Part shown: positions 13,441-26,922 of the stretch, piece after piece
How positions within the stretch are numbered: the first letter of the stretch is position 1
Layout: each line of letters starts with the position of its first letter
Origin: Saccostrea echinata
Taxonomy: Eukaryota
Assembly: GCF_033153115.1 (NCBI RefSeq)
Contig: NW_026889794.1
Location: 1,674,001-1,738,000, forward strand
DNA length: 64,000 nucleotides
Reading direction: 5' to 3'
Program-made: the position numbers and the translations under genes
Notes under the pieces: model-generated
Database searches by the model: none
What the model was told of the DNA's origin: nothing
Seen by the model: only the letters and a program-made list of their open reading frames with translations

Positions 13441-15904
13441 TTACGCATTGATAGGTTTTAGCAAACTAGATAACTTAACCATTATCAAATCATTATTTTT
13501 ACGTTCTGTAGACCACCTTAAATACTCAATACACTACCATACATGTATAATTTTTTATATCGTTTGGGAGCCTCTCTAATGGTATATTGTCTTTGATTAT
13601 GACAACAATGGAACTCTGACGCTGGTTGTGGAAGGCGTGAGTAATTGCCATCTGGACGGCGTATGAGGCCCAACCACTCTCCAAAAAACATTTTGTGATC
13701 ACGAACAGCACTTTTCTACTTTCATTTATACATTTAACTTTCTCTTTTGCTTCCCAGTCTCCTGGAGTTGAATCTTTATCTTTAAGCTACACTTTCATGT
13801 TCAAACTTTCTAGTTTTGGATACAAAGTATGAAAAATCCACAGTGAGTCTTGTTGAACATAAGACACAAACACATCATAAGTATTGTTATTTTCTTTGTG
13901 TTTTTTTTAATGTACACCCTTCCATCTGATTTAAGTCTCAGTTTGACATATTCTACGTGTACATGGTATTTTCGTAAAGCAGCCATAATTAGAATTAGAG
14001 ACAAAGTAAACAAAATTAACACCACATAGAAAATAAGCCATTACTTTGTTTGGCTTTCTTCATTAAATTTTTTCTAGATCTTCTCGTCATTAAATAAGTG
14101 GTTGATAGGCGTTCGATTCTTTGCACATAACGTTTTATTGAGATCAGAAAACAGATGGTTGTGACTTCTCATCCACTGCAAAGACTGAATATGTGAACAG
14201 GTACAGGAAATCGGATTTCCTTCTAAATAAATTGATATATTACTTAGAGTTTTAATCTTTCTTTGGTCATTTATGGAGAACGCATATATCGAATTGTATC
14301 GAAAATAAAGATTTATCGAATTCTGCATATAATTGAAGGCACCAGGAATGTTAGAAAAATTATTATTGTCAAGGTTTATTTCCATCAAAGATTGCTGTTG
14401 GTCTATGAAAAGTGACGAAGGTAAATCATTCAATCTGTTTCTTGAAAAATCGATTGTGGAAAGATTTTTGAGATTTTTAAATACTAGTATATCTTTAGTA
14501 TTTGATATTTCTATGAAATCTAGGCTCATGCCAATCGCATATATGACCTGAATACCTCGAGAATGCTGAAGTAAATCAGGGTGTATTTTTTCAAATATAT
14601 TACCAGACACGTCAAGCGTTGTTAAAAACGGAAAATCCAATTGATCGACGTAAGCCAGTGAAAAATTTGTTTTTTGGATGTACAATTCTTGCAATCTTTC
14701 CCCAATAATTTTTAACGAGGTTTCCATCTTTTCACAGTATGAAGATGGTTTTCAGAAATATCGACTACCTCCAGATTTTCAGATAGAGTGATATTAACAT
14801 ATGTGAAGACGTTTTATATTGATAGACATTCAATTGTTCCTCTTTATATTGTGGATTATTGCAGCAAAAATTCATTTTTTTTCAAATTGTTCAATGATAA
14901 CAAAGTCATAATTACAGATACGTCTACGACATGGAAATCATTTCCACTCATATCACTCATAAATATTGCAAACAATTCTATAATGTTGTATTGTCGATAT
15001 TTATTTGTACAGAAACAATACCATTCTTTCACAAAGACAAGGCACGAGCACATATATTTACAAGATATTCCGACACCCATTCGTCAAAAAACATAACTCC
15101 TGTTTCAGGATCTTTTTTGTTTTCACAAATGAAAATCTCTTCAATATTGCGATGTTGTAGACATTTTAGAGAGCGGAATGCAGGAGTCATATCACATTTC
15201 CCACCAAAGTTATTAATTACCTCTGGTGAAAGATATGGAAAGGAACAAAACAGATCTTCAGTGACGTCACAAAACACGCGATGTTTAAAATTCATATTAA
15301 GGTGATGAATTTTGGAGCGCCGAAGTCCTAAAAAGGAAGTATTTGTTAAACTTAAATCATTTACAATATGAAACTTTAATTCAGAAAAATTTATTCAGTT
15401 TTCAAATGGTGCTGTAAATGAAAATCCGCTGAAAATGTCGATATGAAGGCTCGACAATGACTAGCAGAAAGTGCTATGTCCGGATAGCCTTCTAACTGGA
15501 AATTATCTTGATCAATTTGAAGGTACTTTAAGTTGTGTACATAGGAGAAATTTTCACTTCTGTTTTGTTTTTATCAAGCTCACAACTTGAAAAATCTAGA
15601 CTGCATATTCCAGAAAGTCTATGGAAGGCCTTATTTTCTATTCTTGTAATTTTATTATGATTCAGGATTCTGGATGACACCCCTGATAAAGCAGCAAGAT
15701 TTTTAAAAGTCTTTTCTGTTAAAATAGAAAATCTATTAAATGATAAATCTAAAGTCACATTGCAGTTTCGTAACTTTTGTGATATTTTTTCAAGTAGTCT
15801 GTTTGTATTGAGGCCACTACAGTTCCATAGAATTCCAAGATTTCCACATTCGTCTGTGTAAGGCGCTGTTGGACAGGGGTATGAAATAAAAGCCAGACTA
15901 CAAA
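13441..15904 (-). pseudogene. Toll-like receptor paralog B, pseudogene (LRR-TM-TIR)
   Basis: Full-length colinear homology to the intact TLR, broken into ORF fragments (15528-16004, 15029-15295, 14856-15080, 14074-14727, 13810-14025, 13526-13711) by several frameshifts and stops. TIR motif ESGWASYAVQM..LERLPNDIKN retained; homologous stop at 13441-13443. Confidence 0.9.
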
Positions 15905-16293
15905 CTGCAAAAAAGAATTGTTCAAAATACAAATGTATCATAAAGCATTCTTTTTTTACTCTTAAGTAGATAGTGAAAATTTGCAATGAAAATAAAAAAT
16001 ACAAACGAATTCTTCATTTCTTTTTAATCTCTGTATTTTTATTAACAAAGCAAGAAGAACACAACATACATGTAGTGTTCATAGTCTGTGTTCTAAAATT
16101 CCGCATACTCGAATACTTGATTACACGCAACAGCGAATATGAAGTGAAGAACGTTTTTATTTGAGAAATAAATAATAAGTTTAAAATATTCTGGGAACTG
16201 GACTTCGTTGGTCACAAGATCAAATCCTGTGAAACCAGAAGGGCTTATTAGTAGATTTACGCAATTGATTATATGGATTTATCGCAAAATCGT

Positions 16294-16445
16294 NNNNNNN
16301 NNNNNNNNNNNNNNNNNNNNNNNNNNNNNNNNNNNNNNNNNNNNNNNNNNNNNNNNNNNNNNNNNNNNNNNNNNNNNNNNNNNNNNNNNNNNNNNNNNNN
16401 NNNNNNNNNNNNNNNNNNNNNNNNNNNNNNNNNNNNNNNNNNNNN
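16294..16445. other. Assembly gap (N run)
   Basis: Run of n. Confidence 0.98.
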
Positions 16446-17850
16446 GTACAGTCAGACAGGATAAAACGAGTGAAAATTTACCACCATTGAACTGGGGTTT
16501 ATTGTAATTTTTATCAAGAATGCCCCCAAACGATCAGCTTTTGGATTAATCACTTTTACCTCTTATAAACTAGCGAATCCAAAAATGATTATAAAAGATT
16601 CAGAAAAAATAGAATTAATAAACAAGAAATGTTCTTCATTCCAAACTAAAATGATTCCATTCAAACACACTAAGATTAAATATTACGATATATATTGAGT
16701 TTTAATATGATGTAAGTTTGAGAAAATGCGAATTGTCTAGCAAATGAAGAGTATTATAACTAGATATTTTAAAACAGCACGGAAATTTACGCAGTGTACG
16801 TACAATAAAAACAAAATTAAAACTCAATAAAGATATGCAGTGTATTTTTACCAATATGGTTAATATCAAGTTACAAGTAATATTTCAGTTTTTACAACGT
16901 TGAACAACCGTTGCAAGAGCAATTCAGCAGAAGTTTTTTTACCCTCAAAAGAGGTGTTTTCTGCCATCTACCTGCAGTTTGTGCCAACTTAACCTCCAGA
17001 ATAGTATACCTTTTTTATCAACAGCTGATACAAACTACAAGTAGGTGGCAGTAAATGTCTGTTTTGATGGTAATAACCTTCGGTTGAATTACTTTTGCGG
17101 CAGTCCAAAGTAGGTAGGGTATTAGCATGTTTTATATTGGAATTTTCGCCAATACAAACTACAGGTAAGTGGCAAAAATATTTGGTATAAGGGTTATTTC
17201 CTTCCATTGAAATACTCTTGTGACCGTCTAAAGTTTTGCATGTTTTATGCTGGAATTTCAGTTTGTACAAACTACAGGTAGGTCGGATAAAAAAATCTGA
17301 GATCAGGGTAATAAATCTGATGTTGTTCAAAGTTTGTTGATAAATAACTTCCATAAATCAATATATTTCTCGACACCGATTTTCGCGGGATAGTTATTTG
17401 GTATTTATCAGCGAGACAAAATTTTCTCGAGCTGTAGCTATTGTGATTTATAATCCTTTACATTAAAACTATCCGCGAGAATAAAATCTTAGCAAGCAGA
17501 CAAAATGCATACAGACGTTATTCCACAAAAATAAAATTCTCGCAAATAAAAAGTGATTTACAGTAAAAAACTTGGATTTTAGTTGGATCAAACTTTAGAT
17601 AGGTCGGATAAACATCTGAATTCAGGATAAAATTTTCATGTTAAATAAATCTGGTTTGTTGATGAATAATTTCTACTTTGCCGGAAGTTAAGCTAGTACA
17701 AAATACAAATAGATGGCAGAAAAGTTGGTATCAGGGTCATATCCCTCTGTTGAATTACTCTTGCGACTGTCTAAAGTAAGTAAGGTATTGGCATATTTTA
17801 TCCTGGAATTATAGCTGGAACAAACTACAGGTAGGTGGGATAAAACATCT

Positions 17851-18148
17851 GTTTGTTTGTATGTTGTTTAAAGTCCCTCTCGAGAAGTTTTCACTCATAT
17901 GGACACGCCACCACTTGCCGGTGGAGAACTGCCAATTTTATCCTATACTCGGCACTTACGGCCATTGAGCACTGAGGGATCTTTATCGTGCCAGCACCTA
18001 CTGCGACACGGGACCTCGGTTTATATGGTCTCATCCGAAGGACCGGTCTCCACGTCCCACAGTGGGATTCGAACCCTCGACGTAAGGATCAACTCCTTTC
18101 ACCGCGACTCTAGAGCAGACGCTCTAACCACTGCCCCACGCGGGCGAC
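17851..18148 (-). mobile_element. tRNA-derived SINE, related subfamily
   Basis: Same core and 3' end as the 10691 SINE with a different head (GCAGTGGTTAGAGCG..GGTTCGAATCCC); (AAAC)n tail; imperfect TSD GATAAAACATCT / GATAAAATATAT. Confidence 0.85.
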
Positions 18149-19044
18149 GATAAAATATATGAGGTTGGAGTAATATTTTCATGTAAAATAAAATCTGGTT
18201 ACTGTGCGAAGTGTGTTGACAATTACTGGGCTGGAAGATAACCTGGTACAAGACAAGGGTAGGCGGGAAAACAATATCAGCTATCCTTATGTTAAATTAT
18301 CTTATGTTAAATTATCTTTTGACTCAGCAGAGTAGAAAGAGTTTTACAATATTTTTGCATGAGTATTAGCTAGTAGGTAGGAAAGAAAAGGCACTTGGGA
18401 TCAAAGAAGTATTCCCATATAATTAAATTAATCTTGTTTCCATCCAAAGTACCTAAGAAAATGGTGAAAAATGCACAGTATTCTAAGCTGGTACAACCTA
18501 CAGGTAGGTGGAAGAAATAATTTAGCATCAGAGTTTTATTTTCATGCAAATTAATCTGGTAACTGTCCAAAGTTTGTAGATGAATAGCATATGTTATGAT
18601 GCAGTTAAGCTAGTACAAACTTCAGGTAAGTGGGGAAAATATATTGAAAAAACGTAAATATCTTCAAGTTAAGGTCAGACGACACGTTCCTCAAATATAT
18701 GGTTTTCTCTTGGTATTATATCAAAAACTATTTATAAATTTTCATGTTCTTTTGATTTTTAAATTGTTTTCAATTTTATTTCTTAATAACTACACCCAAA
18801 ATTGTGACATTGGACAATTCAAAAGATTACCCATAAGGATTTTGAAAGTAATAGCATCCTCTTGTATCTTGCACAAATGCCTGGTAAGGTACCTCGATAT
18901 TTTGTGAGGAAACTTGTTTAAGTAGCAATAATTCAGTGATGAATTCTTGGGGGAAATTATATATTTTTGAGGAACGTGTCATCTGACCTTAAATTAAATG
19001 TGATTGTCAAAAGTCAGTAAGAGTATTTACTTTTTTGTGCAGGA

Positions 19045-19393
19045 TTGATTGATTGATTGTATATTGTTTTACGTCCCATTCGAGAATCTTTCACTCATAT
19101 AGAGACGTCACCATATACCGGTGAAGGGCTTCAAATTTTGACCTTTACTCGGCACTCAGGGCCATTGAGCAGTGAGAGATCTTTATCGTGCCAACGCCTG
19201 CCGTGACACGGGGCCTCGGTTTTTAAGGTCTCATCCGAAGGACCCGCAACTTTCACTTCAAAGTGCCGAGCGCATGGCGAAGGAACAGTTGCTACCTATT
19301 TTTTATCGACTTAGGTCTGTCGCGGCCGAGATTCGAACTCACGACCTCCCGATCACGGAGCGAGCGCTCTACCGACTGAGCTACCGTGAACGG
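19045..19393 (-). mobile_element. tRNA-derived SINE, near-identical to 10691-11040
   Basis: Reverse-complement copy; perfect 14-bp TSD TTTTTTGTGCAGGA (19031-19044, 19394-19407). Confidence 0.92.
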
Positions 19394-19647
19394 TTTTTTG
19401 TGCAGGAACACAAGCTGTTAGAAGCTAAGGTAGATGGGGAAATCATCTGTAACCTAGGTTATATTTCCATATCTAATTAATCTGAAACCGTCAAAAGTGC
19501 ATAGGAGTACAGATAGGTGGAAAAATTGTCCGATGTATGTTGAGCATTAGCTTGTTTTATGAAGCAGTCTTAAATGATACATACTGTACTTCAGGTAGGT
19601 TGGGAGAATCACATCTATAGGATCAATTTTTTTAATGTGAAATTATC

Positions 19648-19800
19648 AGCCATGTGGAGCAGTGGTAAGAGTTTTTGCTACAAAGTTACGGAGTAAGGAG
19701 TTGATCCATTCCTCACAGGTTCGAAACCCACTGTGAGACGAAAATATAGGTCCTTCATATGAGACCGCATAAACCGAGGTCCCATATAGCAGTATGGGTC
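19648..19800 (+). mobile_element. 3'-truncated SINE (17851-type subfamily)
   Basis: GCAGTGGTAAGAG..GGTTCGAAACCCACTGTG..ATGAGACC..AAACCGAGGTCCC. Confidence 0.65.
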
Positions 19801-19975
19801 ATTTTTCAAGTGGTATGTCTGTAATCTTGCAATGGCTTTTGTGATTAACTATTGAAACGTTTAAAAAGAAAAGCTGTAACACAGGTATCAGTTGAGACAA
19901 CAAATCACACACTATTTCATTAAACACTGAATAATGACGAAAGTCATCCAAAATTAGATTTCTGTGTTGGGATTC

Positions 19976-20103
19976 NNNNNNNNNNNNNNNNNNNNNNNNN
20001 NNNNNNNNNNNNNNNNNNNNNNNNNNNNNNNNNNNNNNNNNNNNNNNNNNNNNNNNNNNNNNNNNNNNNNNNNNNNNNNNNNNNNNNNNNNNNNNNNNNN
20101 NNN
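19976..20103. other. Assembly gap (N run)
   Basis: Run of n. Confidence 0.98.
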
Positions 20104-21741
20104 ACAATGACTGATATAAGAATCAAGCAAAAGTTTATTCCTCTTTTCCAGATCTAATTTATATTTTCTGTAAATGAGTTCTTCAAATTAAAGAATTAGG
20201 AAATTATTTCTTGTACGCCCATAGGATTCAACCAATTTGAATCCTCCATTGAGTTAAAAAAAAATTAAATGTAATGATTATTTTTAGTGCTTAATTTTTA
20301 GTTTGTACTTCCTTTAAGTGCTTTCAACACACATCTCAAAACATCTGTTTGCAAGTCAGCAGCTTATAAATAACCAGTTATATAGATATGGACTTTTTCT
20401 TTGTATTTATGGTTATGCTCAATTAATTTGTTACTACACACGCTGATTTCTTGACTGTTGACTAGTTTCCTTATTAACAGTTAAAGTAAAACATGACTTT
20501 AAAAGAAAACTCATTTTGTAAATCTTTTTGTTCTGTGAAGGATTTTAATTATAGAAAATGAACATTTAACTTCTTTTGTGTTTGTTTCACTATCTTGAGA
20601 AGGCAGGGACTTATGTGTTTTTGTGTTTAGATAAACCTACGTAAGGTAGTACACAATAGATAGGCTTAATATTTTCCTCAAAATATACATAGCCCAGGTT
20701 TTGAAAATTCCCATGTAAATATGCTATACTTTAAGTCCTCTTTAGAGAAGATGTAAAAGTCATTTTTGACAAAATATCAACAGAATAGTGGAAATAGAAC
20801 CCAAATTAAAATATTTCAAAATGAGGAAAATTGAACCAACCATTCCAGATATTTTTGCTATTTAAAATAAATCCAGTGCAAAAAAATTAAAAGAATCAGT
20901 AAATGACGTCATTATATTTGACCTTTAATTATAACCTCCTAATATAACCTTGACCTTTATTGTACAAAAAGGATTGAGAAACCTCATTAATATGTACAAA
21001 TTATCAGGTCTCTACTATAAATGGATCAGAAGTTACTTTTCATTTAATAACAGACGGTTATATGGCATGTCGATGCCATGAAAACAATTCAAAATGTAGG
21101 CTCTCGAATAACCAATATATAGGATGTCTCAAATTAAAAAAAGTAACAAGGAGAAAACTTATTATTTTTCTTACAAAGATCCTTAATTATTGACATTATA
21201 GTGACATTATTCTTTTTTCTGGTATATTTTATATGAAAAGAGTTAAAACAGATTTCATGGATGTTTGTAGTACCTTAAAAACCAGGTCATTTCCATTTCA
21301 TTAAGCAAATACATGAACATAAGTATGGAAAAACCAATACCTGTACAACAAAGCTTAAGGGCAGTAGATGTAACTCCATGTTCATTCATTAATGAATAAA
21401 AGTTTTAAATGGTGAAGGCACAGACGACGAATTTTGATAAAGATTTCCCCCCAAACTTCGTGCAAAGAGTATCAGAGGTAGAAAATTTCATGTGAGAAAG
21501 GCTACAGTCTAGGAGTTTTTGACGAAACCCTTTTTAAATGGGTAATTATGGTTCTATCTAGAAAAGGACGCTTACACTTCACGAAATACAGCTCATGAAG
21601 GTCCTGGTGAAGTTGCTGTGGAATATATACAAGCTACCCAAACTTCTACTCTTAGATTGTAAAAACAGAATAGATATTTGTGATTTAATTTAGTTATTAC
21701 ATACCTTGATTGGAGACGGTTGAAGTAGTATTTACTTTTTT

Positions 21742-21751
21742 GGAATTTCCC
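21742..21751 (-). promoter_or_regulatory. Candidate NF-kB/Rel site GGGAAATTCC upstream of TLR-B
   Basis: Matches the GGGRNWYYCC consensus and sits in a non-coding block shared with the TLR-A upstream region, which has GGGACTTCTC at 11911-11920. Confidence 0.3.
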
Positions 21752-23532
21752 AAATATCCCGTTGTTGTAAAAAAAAACAATTTTCCTTCCAAATGTGTTG
21801 GATACACTCGACTGAGTAAACTTTACGTTAACCTGTTTTTTTTTTTTTTTTTTTTTTTTTTTTTGGTCGATGGTCTTCTTGTTTTTATTGGCAAAATAAA
21901 GTGTAATGGAAAGAATCTGTCGCAGAAATTTTTGTAAGTCCATTAAAATTGACTAGTATGAGAAAACATTTTTTTCTTATTCTCTATCTCATTTTTTTGT
22001 GGGGGGATACATTTCTGAAAGTCTTAATTGCTTCACTTTCTTATTGAATTTTACCTGTCATTATAAACTTAAATTAATGCCACACATATGTAACAAGGAA
22101 AAGGAATGTACACGTATTTACACCTAGGCGCAGTTTGACATTGCATTTTTGTACAACCTTTACAAATTATGCAATGCGTTTGTAGTGATATAAATTCACA
22201 TCTTTTGCAATGCCCGAAATCTCAAATAAGTGTGGGGGTTTTTTCCATTCAACCCACAATAACCAAATTTTGTTCAGCTATAATTTGTTCAGTGTTCCTT
22301 TAAAAAGTGAATTTTTACCAAAAAATCTTTCATATTAATAATATCATATGTATGTCTATTTGTAGGGAAGGTCGATATGGTCTGTCGATGCACGAATAAA
22401 ATCCGGAATAATTTGCGATAGTAACTTTTTCAATTGCATTTGTTTTTCTGATAATATGTAGAAACTCAAAGAACAAGTCTCAATAAGGCTTATTTGTGGT
22501 CCCCGGTAACTCGTCAAATTTCGAACATTTATTATTTTTTTTTAAAAAAATAAATTTTATTATTAACTAATGTCTTTATTATTTGAATCATCATCTAAAA
22601 ATGTCAAACAATAGATACAGGCAGCATACGAAGCTGCGCGTTTAAGGTAGGGTCCGTAGATTTTCATGAATATCAAAAGAAATCAGTGGCAGGTACACAC
22701 TTCAAAGCTTTCGTAAACACCGAGCACAGGTTTGTTCAGAGTCGAGTTTGAAATATAATGTGTCTATTATATGTGTAAAGGTTGAGTGAAAATATCTTTG
22801 TTGAACAACCTTGTGCTCTATGTTTTCTAATTAAAAGTATTGTGATTTTGAATCTCTTTGCTGACTTCATTTACATGCGATTAACCTCTTTATGACCTAT
22901 TTAGAATCATAACAAGCCACGTGGATTTGTGTCGTTACGGGTAAATGCCCCCAGTAAACGTGCTAGTTCTCAGTTGAAACGTACTCAGTTTTATGTCGAT
23001 CAGCATGAACTTGTTTGGTTCATCTTGTTATATATTTTATTGCCAAAGTTTTGTAAATGGAAAATTGCATTTGTAGTTGATTGTGAATCTTCAACATATA
23101 ATTCGTCTTTGAAAGAAAAATATCATACCAAGATCTTCTTTTTGTAGTATCTAATCTAAATGTCTCCGCCCATTTCCATGTAATAGAGAAACCATAGTCT
23201 GATCGGGTGAAAATGTTCCGGCATTTTTTAGTGCGATAGGTGTTAAGAATAGGCATATATTTTTTGATATGTTTAATTATTCATTATAAATACACAATGT
23301 TTTAAGTAGAAATACTTCGTTGTACACAATGAAAACAAACAAAATACCGTATGCTAATATTTAACCGGTAAACCAAGGGTGTAAAAAGGGACCACGCTAC
23401 TATACTTAAGAAGAATACTCCTTTATATCCTTTAAACCAGAAAAAAAATTTAGGAATACATCAATTTTCACATACTAGTAAATGGCATCAGCGACAAAGG
23501 ATTGGTGTAGTACTTTTTAAAGTATGTAATAT

Positions 23533-24546
23533 ATAGAGTATCTTTTAACGAGTGTATCTTCAGATATCAGCTGAGGGGGCTTGTCCCTTGAGTCTGATAT
23601 CTGAAGATGCACGAGTTAAAAGATACTCAATATGTTTTGTATCATTGTTCTCAGGTATTGAGTTACCCATGATCTATCAATTTCACGTTAATAGCGTGTA
23701 ATTCAAATATATTCTCATGCACTCAGTTAGCCATGATCTATCAAAATTTCACCATACCATTTTATATGACCAATGAAAAAAGAACACGTGATTCGGAAAG
23801 TATAACGCGCTGTATTTCTTGAACTTTCTACTTCGTCCATTCAATTCTGAACGCAATGGATGACGGTTGTGATTTTATGCTTTCGCAATTCTTAGACACG
23901 GAAACCGGAAATGAAGGAAATTCCTTAGATCAGTTACGAAACCAGATACAGGTTGAAGATTCTTTGGGAAGTATGATGTTTGATCTACCGGAACTAAGAA
24001 CTGAACATATTATGGGTTTCAATATAGGAGGTACTTTAGACATGATGGAGACTGAGTTGAGTGTGTGAATTTCACCAGTCCCGAGGTCGAGACGAAGATA
24101 TGTACAAGTGTCCGACCATGAAATTCAGCGTTTGATAGGCTCTCAAAAAAAAATTCTAACACTCGTAAAAATACCAAATGGGCAATTTAAACGTTCAAGT
24201 CAATCGAGTGGCGTGCGGCACGGGAAAATGTCCACTTTTGACCGAGATGAACAGCGATTCTCTAAATTAATGGATGCAGCGATTTGTGTTGGAATTAGAA
24301 ATCAAGGAATATCGCTCCCTGTACTACATTGTGTGTGGTTTGTTACGCTTCAAGTTTATGAGAGACGAAAACATTCATTTAAAAATGTGCTTGTGTGAAT
24401 TCCATTTTGGATTTAAAAATTGACGTGCAAAATTTAGAATTTTTTATGTTGACCTAAGGAAAGATATACCTTCACTATGTTTATATGTGTTTTGTATTTT
24501 GCTTATAAAGTTAGCTCAAAGGAAAAACACCGTAGCAATGATACAA
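23533..24546 (+). mobile_element. Crypton-like (tyrosine recombinase) remnant with terminal long hairpin
   Basis: Hairpin with ~35-bp arms at 23536-23628; decayed coding fragments SDHEIQRLIGSQK-NSNTRKNTKWAI*TF and LN*WMQRFVLE..SLYYIVCGLLR resemble Crypton/DUF3504-associated N-terminal motifs; short inverted TGTATCATTG / CAATGATACA. Confidence 0.55.
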
Positions 24547-26922
24547 TGTTGGAATTGAGTTTGTTACAAATGACGTCGTCAAACGCGTTTGCGGCGCACG
24601 GGGATGTAAAAAAATCGTTTTAAATATGGCTTGTCAGCTTCAGAGACAATTAGTAGCGAAGTTGTTTATAAATGACAGAAGAGAATCATGAACTGTTTTC
24701 AAAATAGACAGACCTCAAATAAGTAGGGTACTGTTTGTTAAATTCAGACGGTATGGAACGTTATTGGTCACGATCGACGTCAAACCTTGTGTATTGTCTG
24801 CTTCCTACAGTACAAGGTAAGGCAACCTTTCGAGGACTGAAATTAAATTACGGTCAGAAATAATGTGGTATTCGTGGGATTTGAACCCAAAAAAGAAAAT
24901 CCTGAATATTATTGAGATTAATACGCTAACCACTGCGCTTAACATGCAACTCTTGAAGATTAATGACATTAAAATCATTTTTGAGATTGATCCTTGACGA
25001 AATGGACTGCAAGAGTTTTTAGGAAAGATGCGAATGTTGTCTCATAAAAGTGTATTTTTAAGGTGCAGTGGATCCTTGCTCCATGTTTTTGTTAACTAAT
25101 AATGTACATTTTTACGCAAACTATGAGGATAAGCTTTCAATTAAATGGAGTGAAGACCCACTCATATCGAAAAATTGTGTTATAGTATGAGAAAATTTTT
25201 TGCCCTATTTAGTGTGTGTGTTATTTTAATAGCAAATAATTTCATTATTGGTGAGATTTATAAGTTGTGGTGATTTTACATACAGTATACCAGTACTTTA
25301 ATATTAGATGAAAATTTAAAGAAAATTTAAAGAAAATTTTGATGTAATTGAGATTTAATTCATTCATATTTGACGAACAAGGTATTTCGCTTGCCTTGTT
25401 CGCTCATCTTCTTTATCTCTGGGTCTATTCTCTATTTTCAAAAATACTTACCACACAGATATAGCCTGATACAAATGATCTTATTGGGTTAACTAAAAGC
25501 ATTTTTGTTGTAATTTTCTTCCACTTTTATGATTCATTTATTTAATTTTTATTTACTGTTATATGCCTGTATACGCTTTTGATACAGACAATATGTTAGT
25601 TTCTTAGATGAACTTTTAATAATTTAGATAATTTAAAATACTTTTTGTAACCTTGTTGAAAATCCATAATTAAAAATTGTTTTGTTTGATCTGAAAAATG
25701 AGCATTACCACAAGTGTTTATAATTTTTCCAACTTGACATCTTTCTTCCCGTCCCTAGTATCGATGGTGTTCGGCCATTATTGTTATCAGATATATATGG
25801 TCAGATCTTAGACTGGTGTTTCTTTGAATTTGTTATGATTACTCACACTCTGTCCTTTAATTAATCAAATTAACTTCAATGAGCTTTCCCCTTACTTGAC
25901 TACCGTCTTTAAACTTGTTTCATTGGTTCATTTAAGAAAACCTTGGATATTTCACCACTGCATGTAATAAAAAATATCGAGTTAATAAAACTATGCAAAG
26001 TCATGAATGCATTTGTATTTTAGGAATATTTATTTTTAAATCACATTGTTCCAATTTCTTTTTGACTCACGTTGTATTAAAAAAATGATAAAATAAATTA
26101 AAAAAATTCAGAGTCTTCATTAATTCTTCATTACTTGCTACAATTCCTTTTATATAGTAATACAACATAAGCTTTTTTTTCTAATTTCCACGCAAAACTT
26201 CTCTTGAGTTACTTTTATTTAGAAGTATTACAAATGTATAAATATAATTATACCTAAATTAATGTCAACTGGAATTTTTATATATGAGATCCTTATTAGA
26301 TCTAATATATGTTAACATATCTTTATGTCCTTCCTGAATACAATTGTATATACAATATACAACCATTTATATACATGTAGTCAGATAATATAATTTTTAT
26401 AACCAACATAAACTAGGGTATGACCACTTAATCATTATTGACAGCACTGATGAAGAATTAGAACATCTGAAATCGAAAACGTCAGATTATAAGTATATGT
26501 AAACTTTATGTTTATCTTGGACATGTTTGCAAAATACTTTAAGAATCTGAGTATTCAAACACTTAAACATTAAAACTATAACGCGTAAATTGTCGGCATC
26601 ATACCAATTACGGTTTGGTCATATACAAAAATATACAGATTCGCAGAATTTGTTTTCTATAAGTAAAGAGTACAAAATAAATAAAGAGACACATGGGAAA
26701 AATAACAGAAGATTAACAAAAGAGCAACGCTTCTGTCATTAGAAGTTCTCAAATATAATTGCACAGAAGATATATTTTGTATGGCACAGTTCATGTCTAA
26801 TAATTTTCATTTGTTAACAAACTCTTTCAAAATATATAAAATGATTAAAATATTTTATAATATATGTACATCTTTTATTTTTTAATTCTACAACTAAATA
26901 CTTCTATATACCGTCTTGGTAT

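Larger units (their letters stand above)
17020..19620. repeat. Degenerate ~120-bp tandem/satellite array interrupted by SINEs
   Basis: Motif CAAACTACAGGTAGGTGG recurs at about 17031, 17155, 17268, 17821, 18495, 18617, with decayed versions near 17590, 18250, 19420, 19590. Confidence 0.6.
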
